32,000 bases of DNA. Origin: an uncultured Opitutales bacterium (GTDB taxonomy: Bacteria > Verrucomicrobiota > Verrucomicrobiia > Opitutales > Intestinicryptomonadaceae). The position numbers and the translations under genes are program-made. Numbering within the stretch: position 1 is the stretch's first letter; each line of letters starts with the position of its first letter. Shown piece by piece: positions 16,277 to 25,536 of the stretch. Below the pieces are notes generated by a model, which saw only the letters and a program-made list of their open reading frames with translations, did no database searches and was not told the DNA's origin. The stretch lies in the NCBI GenBank assembly GCA_934660865.1, contig CAKUIA010000001.1:60001-92000 (forward strand). The letters run 5' to 3'.

Positions 16277-16834
16277 CTAGTCTAGACAGGCGCTTAAAAG
16301 CGATTTCGCAAGAGACGTAGCCGACTTTGCAAGGCCGTCGCTTGAATCTATAAGCTGCTTGCCGAGCGAGGGCTTAAAAATAAGCTTTTTTGCGGCTTCT
16401 TTTACGGTTGTGTCGTTCGACAGCTCGGCCTGTTTGTAAACGCCCTCCATTTGGGAGGAAAGCGAAGCGCATTCTTTTGTAAATGCGGCGTATTTTTCCC
16501 TAACGGTGTCGGGGCATTGCGAAACGTCTACCTTTGCAAGCTCGTCGGAGGCCGCTTTAATTTCGTTTACCGAATATTTGCTGGAAGCCTTCAATTTGTC
16601 GAGCGGCACTTTTACATCGCCCAAAAGTTTTTTTACCGAGGCCGTTCCCGAAATTTTATTGCCCGACTTTTCGTCCAACTTTGCGGCGGCGTTGGCCGCC
16701 GAATCTTTCGCTTCGGTCTGTGCCGCGGTTTTTATGTCGGAAACAACTTCCTTGCCCAAATCCTTAAAGAAATTGCCGAAAGCCGTTAACGATAGCAATG
16801 CAAACAATGCAGATGTAAAAATTGCCTTTTTCAT
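16277..16834 (-). CDS. Secreted A/K/S-rich, probably helical, protein of unknown function
   Basis: 185 aa. Signal peptide MKKAIFTSALFALLSLTAFG. No recognisable motif. Confidence 0.65.
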   Translation of the reverse strand: MKKAIFTSALFALLSLTAFGNFFKDLGKEVVSDIKTAAQTEAKDSAANAAAKLDEKSGNKISGTASVKKLLGDVKVPLDKLKASSKYSVNEIKAASDELAKVDVSQCPDTVREKYAAFTKECASLSSQMEGVYKQAELSNDTTVKEAAKKLIFKPSLGKQLIDSSDGLAKSATSLAKSLLSACLD

Positions 16835-16893
16835 ATCAAATCCTTTACAAATATTTCAGATTATTTACCCGAAAAATCAAGTTTTTTGTGTGC

Positions 16894-16927
16894 AAAAAAA
16901 AACGCCGCGCTAAAAAACGGCGGCGTT
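16894..16927 (-). terminator. Terminator after the ABC exporter gene
   Basis: AACGCCG (16901-16907) pairs with CGGCGTT (16921-16927). The A9 run at 16894-16902 gives a T-run on the minus strand. Confidence 0.55.
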
Positions 16928-16955
16928 TGGGCGCTATAGTATGGGGGCGTTGCGC

Positions 16956-18698
16956 CTACTGCTTTGCAGACTGCCTGTCGTAAAGCTCTTTGTAATACGC
17001 GCACCTTTCGTAAAGCTCCGGGTGCGAGCCGAAATCCACAATTTCGCCCTCCCTAAAGACTATAATTTTTTGCACGTTGCGTATGGTGCTAAACCTGTGG
17101 GCTATAACAAACATTGTCCTTTCGTGCATAAGTTTGTCGATTGCCTTTTGTATGAAAGCTTCGCTGTTTACGTCCAAAGCCGAAGTGGCTTCGTCTAGCA
17201 CAATAAGCGGCGGGTTTTTAAGGAATACCCTGGCTATGGCAATCCTTTGCTTTTGACCGCCGCTAAGCCTGTCGCCGCGTTCGCCTACAAGGGTGTCGTA
17301 GCCGTTTTCAAGCTCGCTGATAAATTCGTGCGCGTAGGCGGCGCGGGCTGCGGCGTAAACCTCCTCTTTTGTGGCCTCGGGGCGCGCAAGCAGAATGTTG
17401 TTGAAAATCGTGTCGTTAAAAAGCACGGGATACTGCGGAACCGAGCCCAAATTCTTCCTTAAATCGAAAGCGCGTATGTCTTTTAGGTTTATCCCGTCGG
17501 CAAAAACATCGCCTTCGGTCGGGTCGTAAAAGCGCATTGCAAGCTTGGCAAATGTGCTTTTGCCCGCGCCCGACTCGCCCACCAAGGCGCAGCTTGTGCC
17601 GGCCTTGATTTTTATGTTAACGTTCTTTAAAACGGTTTTGTCGGAATACGCAAAGCTTACGTTTTTAAACTCTATGTCGCCTTTAATTGTGTCTACCTTT
17701 GCGGGGTTTTCGGGTTCGGGCACGCTCGAAACATAGTCTAAAACCTCGTTTAAGCGGTCGAACGACGGCGTTATTTTGATAAAGTCGGTGCACATTCTTA
17801 TTATGCGCTTAATGGGGTCTATTGTAAAATACAGCGCCAAGCCTATGGCGGCAAATGTAGAAAAATCTATTTTTGCCTTGTACGCATATACGAATGTTAC
17901 CGAAACCATTGTGGCTGCCAAAACCTCCATAAGGGGCTGTTGCATAAGCTCGTATTTTGCTATTTTTAGCGAAAGCTTTTGGAACTTCATATTCATATTC
18001 CAAAACTTTTTCTTTTGGGGCTCCTGCAAATTAAACACCCTAACTTCGTGGGCGGCGGCCAGATTTTCGTTGAAAAGCTGGGCTATGTGGCCAAGCGACT
18101 CTACCGCCTGCTTTGAATTGCTTTTAAGGTTTTTGCGTATTACCTGCACGGGAATTATGCAAAATGGAATTGCCGCAATAAACACAAGCAAAAACACAAC
18201 TTCGCCCTTGGTTATGCACATGTAAATTAAAAACGACAGCGCGCCTATAACCTGCACGGGCTGCCTAATCATTTCGGAGGCGAACGAAAGAAGTATGGTT
18301 TGCACCGAAGAGGTGTCGTTTGTAAGCCTTACAAAGAGGTCGCCCGAAGTGTGTTTGTCGAAAAACGAAAGCGGGTAGTCTTGCACCTGCGAAAACAAGT
18401 CCTGCTTAATGCGGCGCAAAACCTCCAGCGAAACATAGCTCATTAGATAGCCGCTAATGTAGCCCGTTATGGCCCTTATAAGGAATATTGCCGGTATTAG
18501 CATTGCAATGCCGAACACATACCAAAGGCTGTACGAAACGCCGCTTTCGGGAATGAAAATGCGCTTTAAAACCTTGTCGAAAATTACGGGCATACCGAAG
18601 CCGCTTGAAGCGCCGAACAAAAGCCCCGCAAAAAGCGCGCCTATCAAATACCATATTTTTGGTTTTACATAGGTTAAATATCTGGAATATCGTTTCAT
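16956..18698 (-). CDS. ABC exporter, fused permease and ATPase (type I exporter, MsbA-like)
   Basis: I prefer the ATG at 18698 (580 aa, MKRYSRYLTYVKPKIWYL...) over the track start at 18755. Six-TM ABC_membrane region, then Walker A GESGAGKST, signature LSGGQKQR and Walker B LIVLDEATSALD. Confidence 0.9.
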   Translation of the reverse strand: MKRYSRYLTYVKPKIWYLIGALFAGLLFGASSGFGMPVIFDKVLKRIFIPESGVSYSLWYVFGIAMLIPAIFLIRAITGYISGYLMSYVSLEVLRRIKQDLFSQVQDYPLSFFDKHTSGDLFVRLTNDTSSVQTILLSFASEMIRQPVQVIGALSFLIYMCITKGEVVFLLVFIAAIPFCIIPVQVIRKNLKSNSKQAVESLGHIAQLFNENLAAAHEVRVFNLQEPQKKKFWNMNMKFQKLSLKIAKYELMQQPLMEVLAATMVSVTFVYAYKAKIDFSTFAAIGLALYFTIDPIKRIIRMCTDFIKITPSFDRLNEVLDYVSSVPEPENPAKVDTIKGDIEFKNVSFAYSDKTVLKNVNIKIKAGTSCALVGESGAGKSTFAKLAMRFYDPTEGDVFADGINLKDIRAFDLRKNLGSVPQYPVLFNDTIFNNILLARPEATKEEVYAAARAAYAHEFISELENGYDTLVGERGDRLSGGQKQRIAIARVFLKNPPLIVLDEATSALDVNSEAFIQKAIDKLMHERTMFVIAHRFSTIRNVQKIIVFREGEIVDFGSHPELYERCAYYKELYDRQSAKQ

Positions 18699-18833
18699 AT
18701 AAAATTTGCAAAAAGTGTTAAAAAAACGGCGCAAACTGGCCCCAAACAACGGCAAAGAATTTAGCGCACAACCAAGAACTATGGTGGATTAACGAATTTT
18801 TCTGTCAACAAAAATTGCCCGCCCTAAAAATGC

Positions 18834-18865
18834 GCAAAAAAAAGCCGCAATAACGCATGCGGCTT
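18834..18865 (-). terminator. Terminator after phoU
   Basis: AAGCCGCA (18842-18849) pairs with TGCGGCTT (18858-18865). The upstream A-run becomes T8 on the minus strand. Confidence 0.75.
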
Positions 18866-18899
18866 TGAACGAAACAATCAAACTATGAAAAATATATTA

Positions 18900-19589
18900 T
18901 TACTTCGTTTCGTTTTCGGCGGCAATGCTTTTTACCGCCTCGTTTAAATTGTGCCTTACAATAATGCTGTGGCGCATATATATAATGTCTTCGGCAATAT
19001 TGGTGCATAAATCGGCTATGCGCTCGAACGACTTGCATATAAGCAAATAGTTTACCGTTCCCATATTGCCCTTGTTTTCCATTTCGCTTTCGGCCGCCTG
19101 GTAGCAGTTGCGCATAATGGCGTCTATATTGTCGTCGTCGGAGCAAACCTTTACGGCAAGCAGTTCGTTTTCGGTGGTAAAGGCGTCTATTGCGGTTTTA
19201 AGCATTTCTATGGTTCTTGCCGACATATCCTCTATGTCGAACGGAATGTAGGCCGTAGGGCACCTTTTAATAAAGGGAATCCTCTTTGCCATATTCGCCG
19301 CCATATCGCCTATATGCTCAAGCTCGTTGTTGATTTTAAGAACGGTAACTACAAACCTTAAATCGCTTGCAACCGGCTGGTGAAGCGCCAAAACCTTAAG
19401 GCACTCCTCCTCCATTTGCACTTCGACTTTGTCGATTTCAACGTCTTTTTTTACCACCTTTTCGGCAAGCTCTTGCGAAAGCGTAAGCAAAGCCTTTACG
19501 CTAAGGCGCATATTCTCCTCTACATATGTTGCAAGAACAAGCAGCTTGTCCTTAAGCGTTTCCAAGTCGTGTCTTAAATGCGAATTCAT
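18900..19589 (-). CDS. phoU: Phosphate signalling complex protein PhoU
   Basis: 229 aa. Two PhoU-type helical repeats (ELEHIGDMAANMAKR; ERIADLCTNIAEDI). Sits immediately after pstB with a 3-nt gap. Confidence 0.92.
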   Translation of the reverse strand: MNSHLRHDLETLKDKLLVLATYVEENMRLSVKALLTLSQELAEKVVKKDVEIDKVEVQMEEECLKVLALHQPVASDLRFVVTVLKINNELEHIGDMAANMAKRIPFIKRCPTAYIPFDIEDMSARTIEMLKTAIDAFTTENELLAVKVCSDDDNIDAIMRNCYQAAESEMENKGNMGTVNYLLICKSFERIADLCTNIAEDIIYMRHSIIVRHNLNEAVKSIAAENETK

Positions 19590-19592
19590 ATT

Positions 19593-20369
19593 TTAACCGA
19601 ACCTTCCAGTTATATAGTCGTTTGTCTCTTTTTTTTGCGGATTTGTAAAAATCTTTGCGGTTTTGTCGAACTCTACAAGGTTGCCCTCGTAAAAGAACGC
19701 GGTATAGTCGGAAACCCTCGAAGCCTGCTGCATATTGTGGGTTACAATGGCAATGGTGTACTTGCCCGCAAGCTCCGAAATAAGGTCTTCTATGCGCGCG
19801 GTAGATTTGGGGTCGAGCGCGCTGCAGGGCTCGTCCATAAGCAGAATTTCGGGCTTAATGGCAAGAGCGCGGGCAATGCAAAGCCTTTGCTGCTGGCCGC
19901 CGCTAAGGCCGAGTGCGCTCGAATTTAGCCTGTCTTTTACCTCGTCGAACAAGGCCGCCTGCTTTAGCGATTTTTCAACAATTTCGTCGAGCTCGGCGCG
20001 GGGGCGGCGCCCCTGAAGCCTTACGCCGTATATCACGTTTTCGTATATGCTTTTGGGGAAGGGATTGGGGCGCTGAAACACCATTCCCACCCTCCTTCTA
20101 AGCTCTACAATATCGAGATTTTTGTCGTATATGTCCACGCCGTCGAACATCAGCCGACCGCTTGTGTGGCAGCTGTCGACCAAGTCGTTCATTCGGTTTA
20201 TGCACCTTAAAAAAGTGCTTTTGCCGCAGCCGCTTGGCCCTATTATTGCGGTAACTTTTCCGCGCATAAAATCGACATTAACGTTTTTAACCGCCTTGTG
20301 CTGGCCGTAGTAAACGCAAAAGTCCCTTGCCGAAATTATGGTTTGGCCGTTTTGTGTGTTGCTTTGCAT
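19593..20369 (-). CDS. pstB: Phosphate ABC transporter ATP-binding protein PstB
   Basis: 258 aa. [48 protein letters not shown] and a C-terminal [10 protein letters not shown], all typical of PstB. Confidence 0.95.
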   Translation of the reverse strand: MQSNTQNGQTIISARDFCVYYGQHKAVKNVNVDFMRGKVTAIIGPSGCGKSTFLRCINRMNDLVDSCHTSGRLMFDGVDIYDKNLDIVELRRRVGMVFQRPNPFPKSIYENVIYGVRLQGRRPRAELDEIVEKSLKQAALFDEVKDRLNSSALGLSGGQQQRLCIARALAIKPEILLMDEPCSALDPKSTARIEDLISELAGKYTIAIVTHNMQQASRVSDYTAFFYEGNLVEFDKTAKIFTNPQKKETNDYITGRFG

Positions 20370-20372
20370 ATT

Positions 20373-22073
20373 CTATCTTTTCTTTTGTAGTTTTGCCCTG
20401 ATTATTATCGCCGCAAAATTCAGCGATAAAACTATCGCCATAAGCGCAAACACCATTCCGTATTGAACGTGCTGCACCATTTCGGCGGCTTCGTGCTCCG
20501 AGCAAATGTTGTAGATACTCCATGGCAGCGCGGGGGTCGGCTGCGAAAATATTTCGCCGAGCCCTAGGGCAACGCCCGTGCTGGTTGCCGCGGTAAAGAT
20601 TATGGGGGCAGTTTCGCCGGCGGCTCTGCCCATCGAAATTATAATGCCCGTAAGCATTGCGGGAAGCGCCGCAGGCAAAATTACGGTGCAAATTGCCCTC
20701 CATTTGCCCGCGCCCAGCCCGTAGGCCGCCTCGCGGTAGGAATTAGGCACGCATTTTAGCGACTCGAAACAGCTTTGTATTATGGTGGGCAATATCAGCA
20801 AAGCCAAAGTGGCGCACCCTGCAACAACGCTTTTGCCGTCGGATATTTTTAGCGTGTTAATCAAAAACGCCAGGCCGAACAAGCCGAATACTATCGACGG
20901 CACGCCCGCCAATGTTCCGACGCACATTTTCAATAGAGCCGTAATTTTCGTGTCTTTTGCGTATTCCGAAAAATAAATTGCGGCTATTATGCCGAGCGGC
21001 GCCGCTAAAAGCATTGCGCCAAGCGTAAGGTAGAATGTGCCCACAATCATCGGGTATATTCCGCCGAATATGTTGGAATCGTAGGGTTCATCGGTAAAAA
21101 AGCCGCCGTAAAACACAAAGTGCGGCTGCATCATTTCGTCGAAAGAGGCGTCTATTTCGCCTAAAATTTTTGCGATTTGCCCGCTTTTAAAAACGTCTTT
21201 GCTGTTTAAAATTTCGAAAGACAGCGTTCCGTCTTTTGCGGCGCGCTGCACCCTTATGCGCTTTACCGAGTCGTTGTAGACTTTTTCGGCCATATCGTAG
21301 CGCGTCTGCCCGAACTTGTTGCGCAAAAGTTTTTCGGCCGCCCTTTGCTTTGCGTCGGCCGGGCCCAAAAGTTTTTGTATGCCCGATTTCAACGAGGCGT
21401 AGTCGGCATTCGACACGGAAAATTCCGAGATTTTCGCGTCTAGCGCCGCATTGGGGATTTCGCACATTGCCCGTCTTAAGGCCGATTTTGCGCCGAAACT
21501 TAGCCCGTCTTTCCTCGATATTTTGTTGGAAAGCGTTTTGGCCAACCCAGAAATTTCCGCCTTCTTTTTTGCCAAAAATTTTTCGGACGAAAACAATGCC
21601 GAACCCTTTTCGGCATTGGCGCAAAAGTTGCCCAGCGATTCGCCAAATCCCTTCCACGAAACCGCGCACAATTCGGCAAATTTTGCATTTCGCTTTGCCG
21701 TGTCTTTCATTAGGGCCGCTTTTGCAAAATCGGGCTCGGCGGCTTGAAGGCTTTTAAAGGCCTCTTCTATTTTCGAATTTAGGGCACTTTCGTTGTCGGG
21801 CAGGCTTTTGCCCTCGTATTCCTGCATAAGCGAGAATATGCGCCCCTTTGCGGCGTCGGCGTCCGAAATCCTTTTTGCCGATTTTTCGCCTATCTCCCTG
21901 TCGAGAAAATCGCGCAAAAACTTTTCGTGCTCGGCGGTTGCGGTAAAAAGAAATGCGTTTGCGCCCCTTATTATTATGGGCAGCATAAACACGGCAACCA
22001 TAATGCACATAGCCCAAAGCGAAATTTGCGCCAGTTTCCTAAAAGATATATCCAATATTTTTCTAGAATTCAT
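20373..22073 (-). CDS. pstA: Phosphate ABC transporter permease PstA, long form
   Basis: 566 aa. One N-terminal TM helix plus about 290 aa of soluble region, then the PstA-type permease core with the EAA-loop region (EAAYGLGAGKWRAICTVILPAALPAM). Long-form PstA of similar size is known, for example in Pseudomonas. Confidence 0.88.
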   Translation of the reverse strand: MNSRKILDISFRKLAQISLWAMCIMVAVFMLPIIIRGANAFLFTATAEHEKFLRDFLDREIGEKSAKRISDADAAKGRIFSLMQEYEGKSLPDNESALNSKIEEAFKSLQAAEPDFAKAALMKDTAKRNAKFAELCAVSWKGFGESLGNFCANAEKGSALFSSEKFLAKKKAEISGLAKTLSNKISRKDGLSFGAKSALRRAMCEIPNAALDAKISEFSVSNADYASLKSGIQKLLGPADAKQRAAEKLLRNKFGQTRYDMAEKVYNDSVKRIRVQRAAKDGTLSFEILNSKDVFKSGQIAKILGEIDASFDEMMQPHFVFYGGFFTDEPYDSNIFGGIYPMIVGTFYLTLGAMLLAAPLGIIAAIYFSEYAKDTKITALLKMCVGTLAGVPSIVFGLFGLAFLINTLKISDGKSVVAGCATLALLILPTIIQSCFESLKCVPNSYREAAYGLGAGKWRAICTVILPAALPAMLTGIIISMGRAAGETAPIIFTAATSTGVALGLGEIFSQPTPALPWSIYNICSEHEAAEMVQHVQYGMVFALMAIVLSLNFAAIIIRAKLQKKR

Positions 22074-22074
22074 A

Positions 22075-23202
22075 TTACCTCTTTAAACGCGATTTTCCGA
22101 CATAGCTTCCCGCCATATTCATTGCCAAAGCCGAGAACAAAAGGCATACGCTCATCGCAAACAAAACGTGGTAGCGCGCAGACCCCGTGCTTTGGTCGGC
22201 CTCGCCCATTTCGCCCGCTATTGTGGCTGTCATTGTGCGGACGGGCTCGAATATGTTGTAGAAAGGTTCGGGTATTTTAAGCGAATTGCCGCTTGCCATC
22301 CATACAACCATTGTTTCGCCAATAACGCGCATAAGCCCCAAAATTACGGCGGCGGCTATTCCGCTTTTTGCGCACGGGATTATAACTTTAAAAATAGTTT
22401 CGGTTTTTGTGGCGCCCAAAGCCAGCGAGCCCTCGCGCATATCCCTGCCAACCGACGAAAGCGAATCCTGCGAAATGCTTACTATTGTAGGCAAAGCCAT
22501 AATCGCCAAAATAACCGACGCGTTAAACGCGTTTGTACCGCTTGAAATCTGCATTGTCAAAGCCCTGTCGGCAACGTATAGAGAAATCCCCAAAATGCCG
22601 CAAAATACCGCCGCCGAAATTATGTTGGCAAAAAGTCTGCGCCTTTCGCCGAATACCGTTTTGCACAAAACGCCGCCCAAAAACGCGATGATAACGCCGA
22701 AAAACGCCGTTAGCGACGATACCAAAAAACCGCCGTAGTCCTGCAAAAACGGGGCAAAAACAACTATGGCGAAAAATCCGTATACAACCGACGGAATTGC
22801 CGCAAGCAGCTCTACGATAATTTTAAAAAAGCCCGCGGCCTTGCCCGAAACAATTTCGGAAAGGCAAAGGGCAACCAATATTCCGAGCGGAACTGCAATG
22901 GCGCACGATACAACCGTTACCATCGCCGTTCCGTAGAATATGCTAAGCGCGCCAAAATGCGGGTTGGCCGCCGACGGCTCCCAATTAGTGCTCGAGAAAA
23001 ACTCCCCAACATCGGCAAGGCTTTTAAAGAAAGGCAAAGCCTCGCCGACTATAAAGAATATCATAAACACTATTGCGAGCGTCGGAACTGCCGTAATCGA
23101 AAACAGCACAAACCTTCCGAGCCTGTCGCACAGGGCCCTTTTAAGGTTGCCCGACTTGCCCAGTATTAGCGAATTGTTTTTGTTTTCGATTGGCGATTCC
23201 AT
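22075..23202 (-). CDS. pstC: Phosphate ABC transporter permease PstC
   Basis: 375 aa multi-TM protein. EAA-type loop MREGSLALGATKTETIFKVIIPCAKSGI. Position between pstS and pstA, with a 1-nt gap to pstA. Confidence 0.88.
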   Translation of the reverse strand: MESPIENKNNSLILGKSGNLKRALCDRLGRFVLFSITAVPTLAIVFMIFFIVGEALPFFKSLADVGEFFSSTNWEPSAANPHFGALSIFYGTAMVTVVSCAIAVPLGILVALCLSEIVSGKAAGFFKIIVELLAAIPSVVYGFFAIVVFAPFLQDYGGFLVSSLTAFFGVIIAFLGGVLCKTVFGERRRLFANIISAAVFCGILGISLYVADRALTMQISSGTNAFNASVILAIMALPTIVSISQDSLSSVGRDMREGSLALGATKTETIFKVIIPCAKSGIAAAVILGLMRVIGETMVVWMASGNSLKIPEPFYNIFEPVRTMTATIAGEMGEADQSTGSARYHVLFAMSVCLLFSALAMNMAGSYVGKSRLKR

Positions 23203-23223
23203 TTTGTTTTTCCTATCCTAAAA

Positions 23224-24054
23224 TTATTTGCACACCGCAACAAAGCCCAGGTCTGTAACGATTTCCCTGCCCTCTTGCGTCAGGCAAAGCGTTACAAAGT
23301 TAAACAGGTGCGAACCCATTTTCGGCGAGCCGTTTGTGAACATATACAAGGGTCTGGCTACGGGATATTTGCCCGTTGCAACCGTTTGGGGCGTCGGCAA
23401 TATGCCGTCTACCGAAAGCGCCTTAACCGAAGCGTCGGCAAAGCCCAAGCCGACATATGCAATGGCGTTCTTTGTGGAATTTACCCTCGAGCGCGCCTGC
23501 CCGTTAGAGCCTACATATTCGGCGTTCTTTGCAATTTTGGCCTTCTTTAACACAAGTTCGTTGAAGGTTTCGTAGGTTCCGCTGTTGCTGTCGCGGCTTA
23601 TTACGACAATCTTTGCGTCGTCGCCGCCAAGCTCCTTCCAGTTTGTGATTTTACCCGTGTAAATGTCGGCAATCTGCTTTTCGCTTAGCGCCGAAATTTT
23701 GTTTTGCGGGTTTACAATAACCGCCAAGCCGTCGTAGGCAACGGTGTGGGCCACGGGCAAAACGCCCTTTTCCACGCAGCTTTTAAATTCGCCGGCTTTC
23801 ATAAAGCGCGACATTGTAGCGACGTTGCACGAGCCGTTCATAAGGCTCTTTACGCCGTTGCCGCTGCCCGATTCGCTTATGGTAATGTTTACCGACGGGT
23901 TGTTTTCCCTGTAATATTCGGCAAAAGCCTTGGCTATCGGCCCTACCGTTGTAGAGCCGTCCACCGAAATCGAGTTGTTGTCGGCATAGCTTTGCGCCGA
24001 AATCAATGCCGTTAGCGAAACCGCCAAAACCTGTAAAATTTTCTTTGTATTCAT
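23224..24054 (-). CDS. pstS: Phosphate-binding protein PstS (PBP_like_2 family)
   Basis: 276 aa. Signal peptide, then SVDGSTTVGPIA...SGSGNGVKSL and ISRDSNSGTYETF, typical of PstS-family binding proteins. Confidence 0.88.
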   Translation of the reverse strand: MNTKKILQVLAVSLTALISAQSYADNNSISVDGSTTVGPIAKAFAEYYRENNPSVNITISESGSGNGVKSLMNGSCNVATMSRFMKAGEFKSCVEKGVLPVAHTVAYDGLAVIVNPQNKISALSEKQIADIYTGKITNWKELGGDDAKIVVISRDSNSGTYETFNELVLKKAKIAKNAEYVGSNGQARSRVNSTKNAIAYVGLGFADASVKALSVDGILPTPQTVATGKYPVARPLYMFTNGSPKMGSHLFNFVTLCLTQEGREIVTDLGFVAVCK

Positions 24055-24081
24055 AATTGTTTTTCCTTTTTGTTTTAGTTG

Positions 24082-25338
24082 TTAGAATAAGATTTGTATT
24101 TGGGTTCTTACCGCGCTTGCCGAGCTGTTGCCGTAGTCGGCCGCCCCGTAGGCTGCGCCGTCGAGATACGCATATTCGTAGCCGAGCTGGTATTTTACGG
24201 TGTTGCCCATTATGTACCAATTCAGCCCCACATATATGCTTTTGCCGCGCGAAAACGTTTTGCCGACGCCGCCTAAATCGGCGTCTCTTACGCCGTCCGA
24301 CATCTTTATGCCGCGGCCGTCGGTATCCAGCCAGCTAAGCCTTACAACGGGGGCAATCTTGCCGAATTCGCCAATGTCGAACTTGTATTCAACGCCCAAG
24401 TTTGCGCCCATAACAAAGTTGTCTTTCCTTGCGGAACATATGCCGTTTTCCATATCGGCCGCCAAAAATTCTCCGAAGAAATCGAAGCCCTTAAACGAGC
24501 CTTTTATATAGGGGTTAAAGCCCAGATAGTAGCCGCCTACATTGCCCTTTTCGCCCGCAACATTCATCGAATTTGCGTATGCCAAGTTTAGCCCCGTAGT
24601 AAATTTTGCGTCGTCTACCTTAAAGGAGTATAAAACGTTTGCGGCATACATAAGGCCGTTTGTGGCGTTTGCAGGAGCTTTTGTCATGCCGCCGTTGTAG
24701 GCGTTTGTAATCGAAAAGCCGTACTTTAGCCCGTCTATGTTTTCGAGAATTTTGCCGTTGTAGAAAACGCCGACGTGGCGGGCGGCCACTCCAAGTCTTC
24801 TGCCGTTGTTTGCCTCGGCAAAGTAGCGGGTTGCCAACGACCTTTCAATCGACATCAATTTCGAAGAAGATGTTGTTTCTTCTACCGAAAAGTTTATCTT
24901 CTTATAGCCGAAATCCAAATCGCCGTTTAGGTAGTCGTTTTTAAAGCTTTTCGAAATGAATGCCTTTTCGATATAGTCTTTGGCGGCAAAGTCGGCGATA
25001 ATTTCGCCCTTCCAGCCTCCGCCCAAGTCGGCGGTAGCCCCCAAGAATATTCTTCTTAAGATGAAGCTGCTTGTGTTGTCGGACATATTGCCGTAGCTTT
25101 GGTCGGTATTTATAAATTCGTATTGGCCCTGCAGCCTGCCCGAGATTTTTATTTTCTTTGCCGCTTTTTCGGCGGGAACAACCGCAACCGAACTTTTGGA
25201 AACCTTGTCGGCTTCGGCGCGGGTAATTAAACCCTTGCTTACAAGCAAGTCCAAGGTTTGTTTGTCTTGCGCGCGGGCCGCCGAGCAGCCCATTGCAAGA
25301 AGTGCGAACGCATATATCAATGCCTTATTGTATTTCAT
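24082..25338 (-). CDS. Phosphate-selective porin O/P family (OprO/OprP-like) outer-membrane protein
   Basis: I prefer the ATG at 25338 (MKYNKALIYAFALLAMGCSAARA|Q). N-terminal LVSKGLITRAEADK helix followed by alternating beta-strand pattern, ending in an aromatic terminal residue (...IQILF). First gene of the pst cluster. Confidence 0.8.
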   Translation of the reverse strand: MKYNKALIYAFALLAMGCSAARAQDKQTLDLLVSKGLITRAEADKVSKSSVAVVPAEKAAKKIKISGRLQGQYEFINTDQSYGNMSDNTSSFILRRIFLGATADLGGGWKGEIIADFAAKDYIEKAFISKSFKNDYLNGDLDFGYKKINFSVEETTSSSKLMSIERSLATRYFAEANNGRRLGVAARHVGVFYNGKILENIDGLKYGFSITNAYNGGMTKAPANATNGLMYAANVLYSFKVDDAKFTTGLNLAYANSMNVAGEKGNVGGYYLGFNPYIKGSFKGFDFFGEFLAADMENGICSARKDNFVMGANLGVEYKFDIGEFGKIAPVVRLSWLDTDGRGIKMSDGVRDADLGGVGKTFSRGKSIYVGLNWYIMGNTVKYQLGYEYAYLDGAAYGAADYGNSSASAVRTQIQILF

Positions 25339-25465
25339 ATACTTTTTTTGGTTTTGTCCGCACATTCTCGCAAAAATTTGTCAGGTTTTTATTTGCCAAG
25401 ATTTAGGTTTTGGTTTTATTTGCGTTAAAGTTTTGCACAAAAAAATTAGACTTTTATTCGGCGAT

Positions 25466-25482
25466 TGTTAGTTTTTTGTTAG
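25466..25482 (+). promoter_or_regulatory. Direct repeat TTGTTAG x2 with 10-bp period: candidate response-regulator (Pho-box-like) site
   Basis: TTGTTAG occurs at 25466-25472 and 25476-25482. A third related copy, TTGTTGA, is at 25494-25500 and overlaps a TTGACC -35-like hexamer upstream of phoR. Speculative. Confidence 0.2.
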
Positions 25483-25536
25483 GTTGCAAATATTTGTTGA
25501 CCGAAACATTTATTGGCTCTATTGCCGAACCCTATC

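Noticed and set aside
20373-22073. Double-length PstA as a possible novel fusion
   Set aside because: Long-form PstA with a large N-terminal insertion after TM1 is an established variant, for example in Pseudomonas. The permease core is intact, so this is not novel.
25339-25365. Extended start of the porin ORF (MCGQNQKKY...) and extended start of the ABC exporter (18699..18755)
   Set aside because: The extensions add non-signal-like residues ahead of a canonical signal peptide or TM start, and they overlap the putative promoter elements. The internal ATGs at 25338 and 18698 are preferred.
25339-25536. Canonical enterobacterial Pho box (CTGTCAT-N4-CTGTCAT) in the pst/phoR control region
   Set aside because: No such sequence is present. 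Only weaker lineage-specific direct repeats were found, and these are reported as low-confidence candidates.
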